From Ophelia neglecta (lineage: Eukaryota), in NCBI GenBank assembly GCA_965285935.1, contig OZ260661.1, positions 60,574,001 through 60,638,000 of the forward strand: a stretch of DNA of 64,000 nt, given 5' to 3'. The stretch's first letter is position 1, and the number at the start of each line of letters is the position of its first letter. Both the position numbers and the translations under genes were made by a program. Below are positions 61,501 through 64,000 of the stretch, piece after piece. Below the pieces are notes generated by a model, which did not search any database, was not told the origin of the DNA, and worked only from the letters and a program-made list of their open reading frames with translations.

Positions 61501-64000
61501 TATATATTCCAAGTGAAAGTGGATATCTTTGGTTTTTAGGGTTTGGAATATAGCATCACATGATTATTTATTTTTGTAAATTATTTATGGCTGGCACCAA
61601 ATTATCTATGTTTGAAAAATAATATGATAAATATGCATAGGCTGAGAAACTGTATTTTTTAATAAGTTTCAAATATTATATTATAACTCTGAAATAAAGA
61701 AACATGGTATGAATTATGTCGAATTCTCGGCGCATTATTTAAGTGTACTTACTGCATAAAGCATGATAAATTTCAATTGAATCCTGACTAAAGTCCTTTT
61801 TATATACTGACTTGCGCGACGAAAATTCGACCTATTTCAGGCAGTATTTTCTTTTTACACATCTTATATTTTGATAATACATGATATTACATTAAATCAA
61901 AATTAAAAGCACACTTATCTCACCATTTTCATGATTTGACTGAGCCATAAAACCCCGTATAATGCAATGTTGCACAAGCAAGTCAAACGAATATAATAAG
62001 CCCCATAACATATATTGGTTTATTCCTTTATTCATAATACAATAGTACGTTTTATTAACACATTTTAAGAATTCAATTGCTAACGATTATAATAGAAGTA
62101 GTCTGTGTCAACCTAAACTTTAAATGTTTAGTTCTCACTTTAAATAATAAACTATTGATTGCTCTGGTCGACACTGAACAAATTTCGCACTAGTTCTTGA
62201 ATTTATTGGTCTTGTTAAAAACTATAATTAGAAATCTAAAACATTTACTGTAATAAAAAATATTCCAGACTTAAAGAGCATATCGGTGCTAGTCATCTTT
62301 TGTTCCCCTGCTGTGCGGCTAGGGAGCTGAGCATCATCTGAAAAGAAAGAGACCCTGATGAGATCCGTATTTTATACATGCCTACGTTTTATGACATTGT
62401 TCACTAGCTGGATTAGAAAATAACAACCAGACCTGGCAATAATCATGATTAGAAAATGAAAAGCCTCGCGGCTGCTTCGCGTTTCTCTCGAGATCTAAAG
62501 CCCACCCAACCTGGAGTGGCTAGCAGATGATAATTATAGGCGACCCTCTATATAAATGTAAATGACCCTATTTCTTTTTATATTCGGATGACCGCTCCCG
62601 ACAGATTTCTTTTTATAAAATATGCGGGTACTCTGCCGCTGGTCATTTACCATGCATAATTATGGCTTGAAAAGTAATTTTGCGGAAAAACCAAGACTGG
62701 AATCTGATAACCAATTCAGGAGAGAGTTGTTTACTGATTTTGGGGAGTTCCTTCTGAGTCATCTTTTTTTCTGGTGAAACTTCTCACTTGAAGTGTAAAA
62801 TCGTGCGACAACTCGACAGATGCGTTTTGTTCGAATTCAATGTGTCATTTCAGATATTCCAAGTCTGTGGAAAGATAAGACGAGGCAAGCAAGGCATCTC
62901 AAACACTTTTAATGGAAAGTCATCCTCTTTCTATTCAGCTGTTTGTTCAGATCGACAGCCATTCAAGTTTTGGCGGACTAAAATTTCATTAGATGGCCTT
63001 TCTTCTCTAAGTTCAAGGGGCTGCTCCCCCACTTGACTCGGAGAAGACAGCTAGTCCGCTGCAGAGGTAGGGTTTAGGCAGAAGAATAGATAGTGTCAAT
63101 CAATTCATAAAGCATGCCAAGACGATGTCGGCAAATAAAGGTGATATTGAGCCGACACATGTAGGCTGAGGTCGAATATTTGCACGGTGAATAGATGTAG
63201 AGCTCCGCATTCTTTCTCTTTAGCCCAAGGAGAAGCCACCAACATTGACAGCCGCATAATTTGTGCCCAACATAAATGAAGCTTGTCAAGCTCAACACTG
63301 CTGTCTTTGCGCAGCAACTGTGCTCTGATTGCTATGACCCAAACATAGTTTTACAAAGATGAAATTCATATTAGCCTTGCCCGTCAGTCAGGGAGGCAGA
63401 AAATCCTTCACTATATGTCTAAGAGGACTAACATCAATTCAGCGACATGGCTGTGGAACAATGGAGGCTCCAGCAGGTGTCTGGCATCTCATGATACCTC
63501 TGCCGTGTGTTAAGTCACAAACAAGACTGTATTCTTTTGAGAATAATTTATATTTATGGCGAGGCAATTGGGGGTCTCTGTGCCCCAATTAGACTGTATA
63601 CAGGGGGAGGCGATCTGCACAGAAAGGGGAGAAATACTCTGAGGGGACCACATAAAGATGTTTGAAGATAGTTGTGGGGTATTCTTATCACGTGTGTGTC
63701 TATCATACATGTCTCTTGTGGATTAGGGGTGGCCAGAATCCTTAGATTATCCTTCTGATTATCGATTTAAGGATAAATGTAGGCCATATTAATCTGGAGG
63801 TCGTTTTTCATCCGCCTGTCAAACCGAATTATCCCTGAACAAGTTCGCAGAAAGTTCAGTGCCATTTTCTGACAGAAATACAAACGCGAGTAGGTTGGGT
63901 ACTCATACCAAATTTAATAAAATATTCGTACCGGAGACTGACACAAGCAAGAGCAGAGCGGATGTTTTCCTCACGAATCTTAACGCTTACATTAGGGGGT

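Noticed and set aside
59000-64000. Hox4/Dfd homeobox or mir-10 at the right end
   Set aside because: No homeodomain-coding or miR-10 sequence seen; these presumably lie beyond the window.
1-64000. CRISPR arrays, tRNA/rRNA genes, prokaryotic operons or defence systems
   Set aside because: None seen; the sequence is intron-containing animal DNA with very low coding density.

Overview
This is AT-rich animal (eukaryotic) genomic DNA from the anterior part of a Hox cluster. Only one protein-coding segment is supportable: the first coding exon of Hox3 (minus strand, 1782-2238). It has an MQKPYYD N-terminus, the IFPWMRENRQN hexapeptide region and a phase-1 GTAAGT donor. The homeobox exon is not in the window and must lie beyond its left end. 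The remaining ~61 kb is the non-coding interval upstream of Hox3, towards Hox4/Dfd, which is not reached. At 51012-51102 is a miR-10-family hairpin of the miR-993 type, on the plus strand and so antisense to the Hox gene. Its position and polarity match what is known in protostome Hox clusters. Together with a canonical (non-zen) Hox3, this suggests a non-insect protostome, probably a spiralian (inference). The most interesting hypothesis concerns the Hox3 leader. The Hox3 ATG exon starts with a strong splice acceptor, and a series of well-formed minus-strand non-coding exon candidates runs up to ~50-58 kb away. Near 50 kb these interlock, with back-to-back splice signals, with a plus-strand exon whose downstream intron would host miR-993. 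That would make a long uORF-bearing Hox3 leader overlapping an antisense pri-miR-993 transcript. The miRNA hairpin also folds well on the antisense strand. The interval looks repeat-poor and carries candidate regulatory sites: a CTCF pair, DR1 nuclear-receptor elements, Pbx/Hox and Pbx/Meis sites, RFX boxes and a bZIP cluster. All exon and motif calls other than Hox3 and the miRNA were made by eye and need RNA-seq or conservation support.
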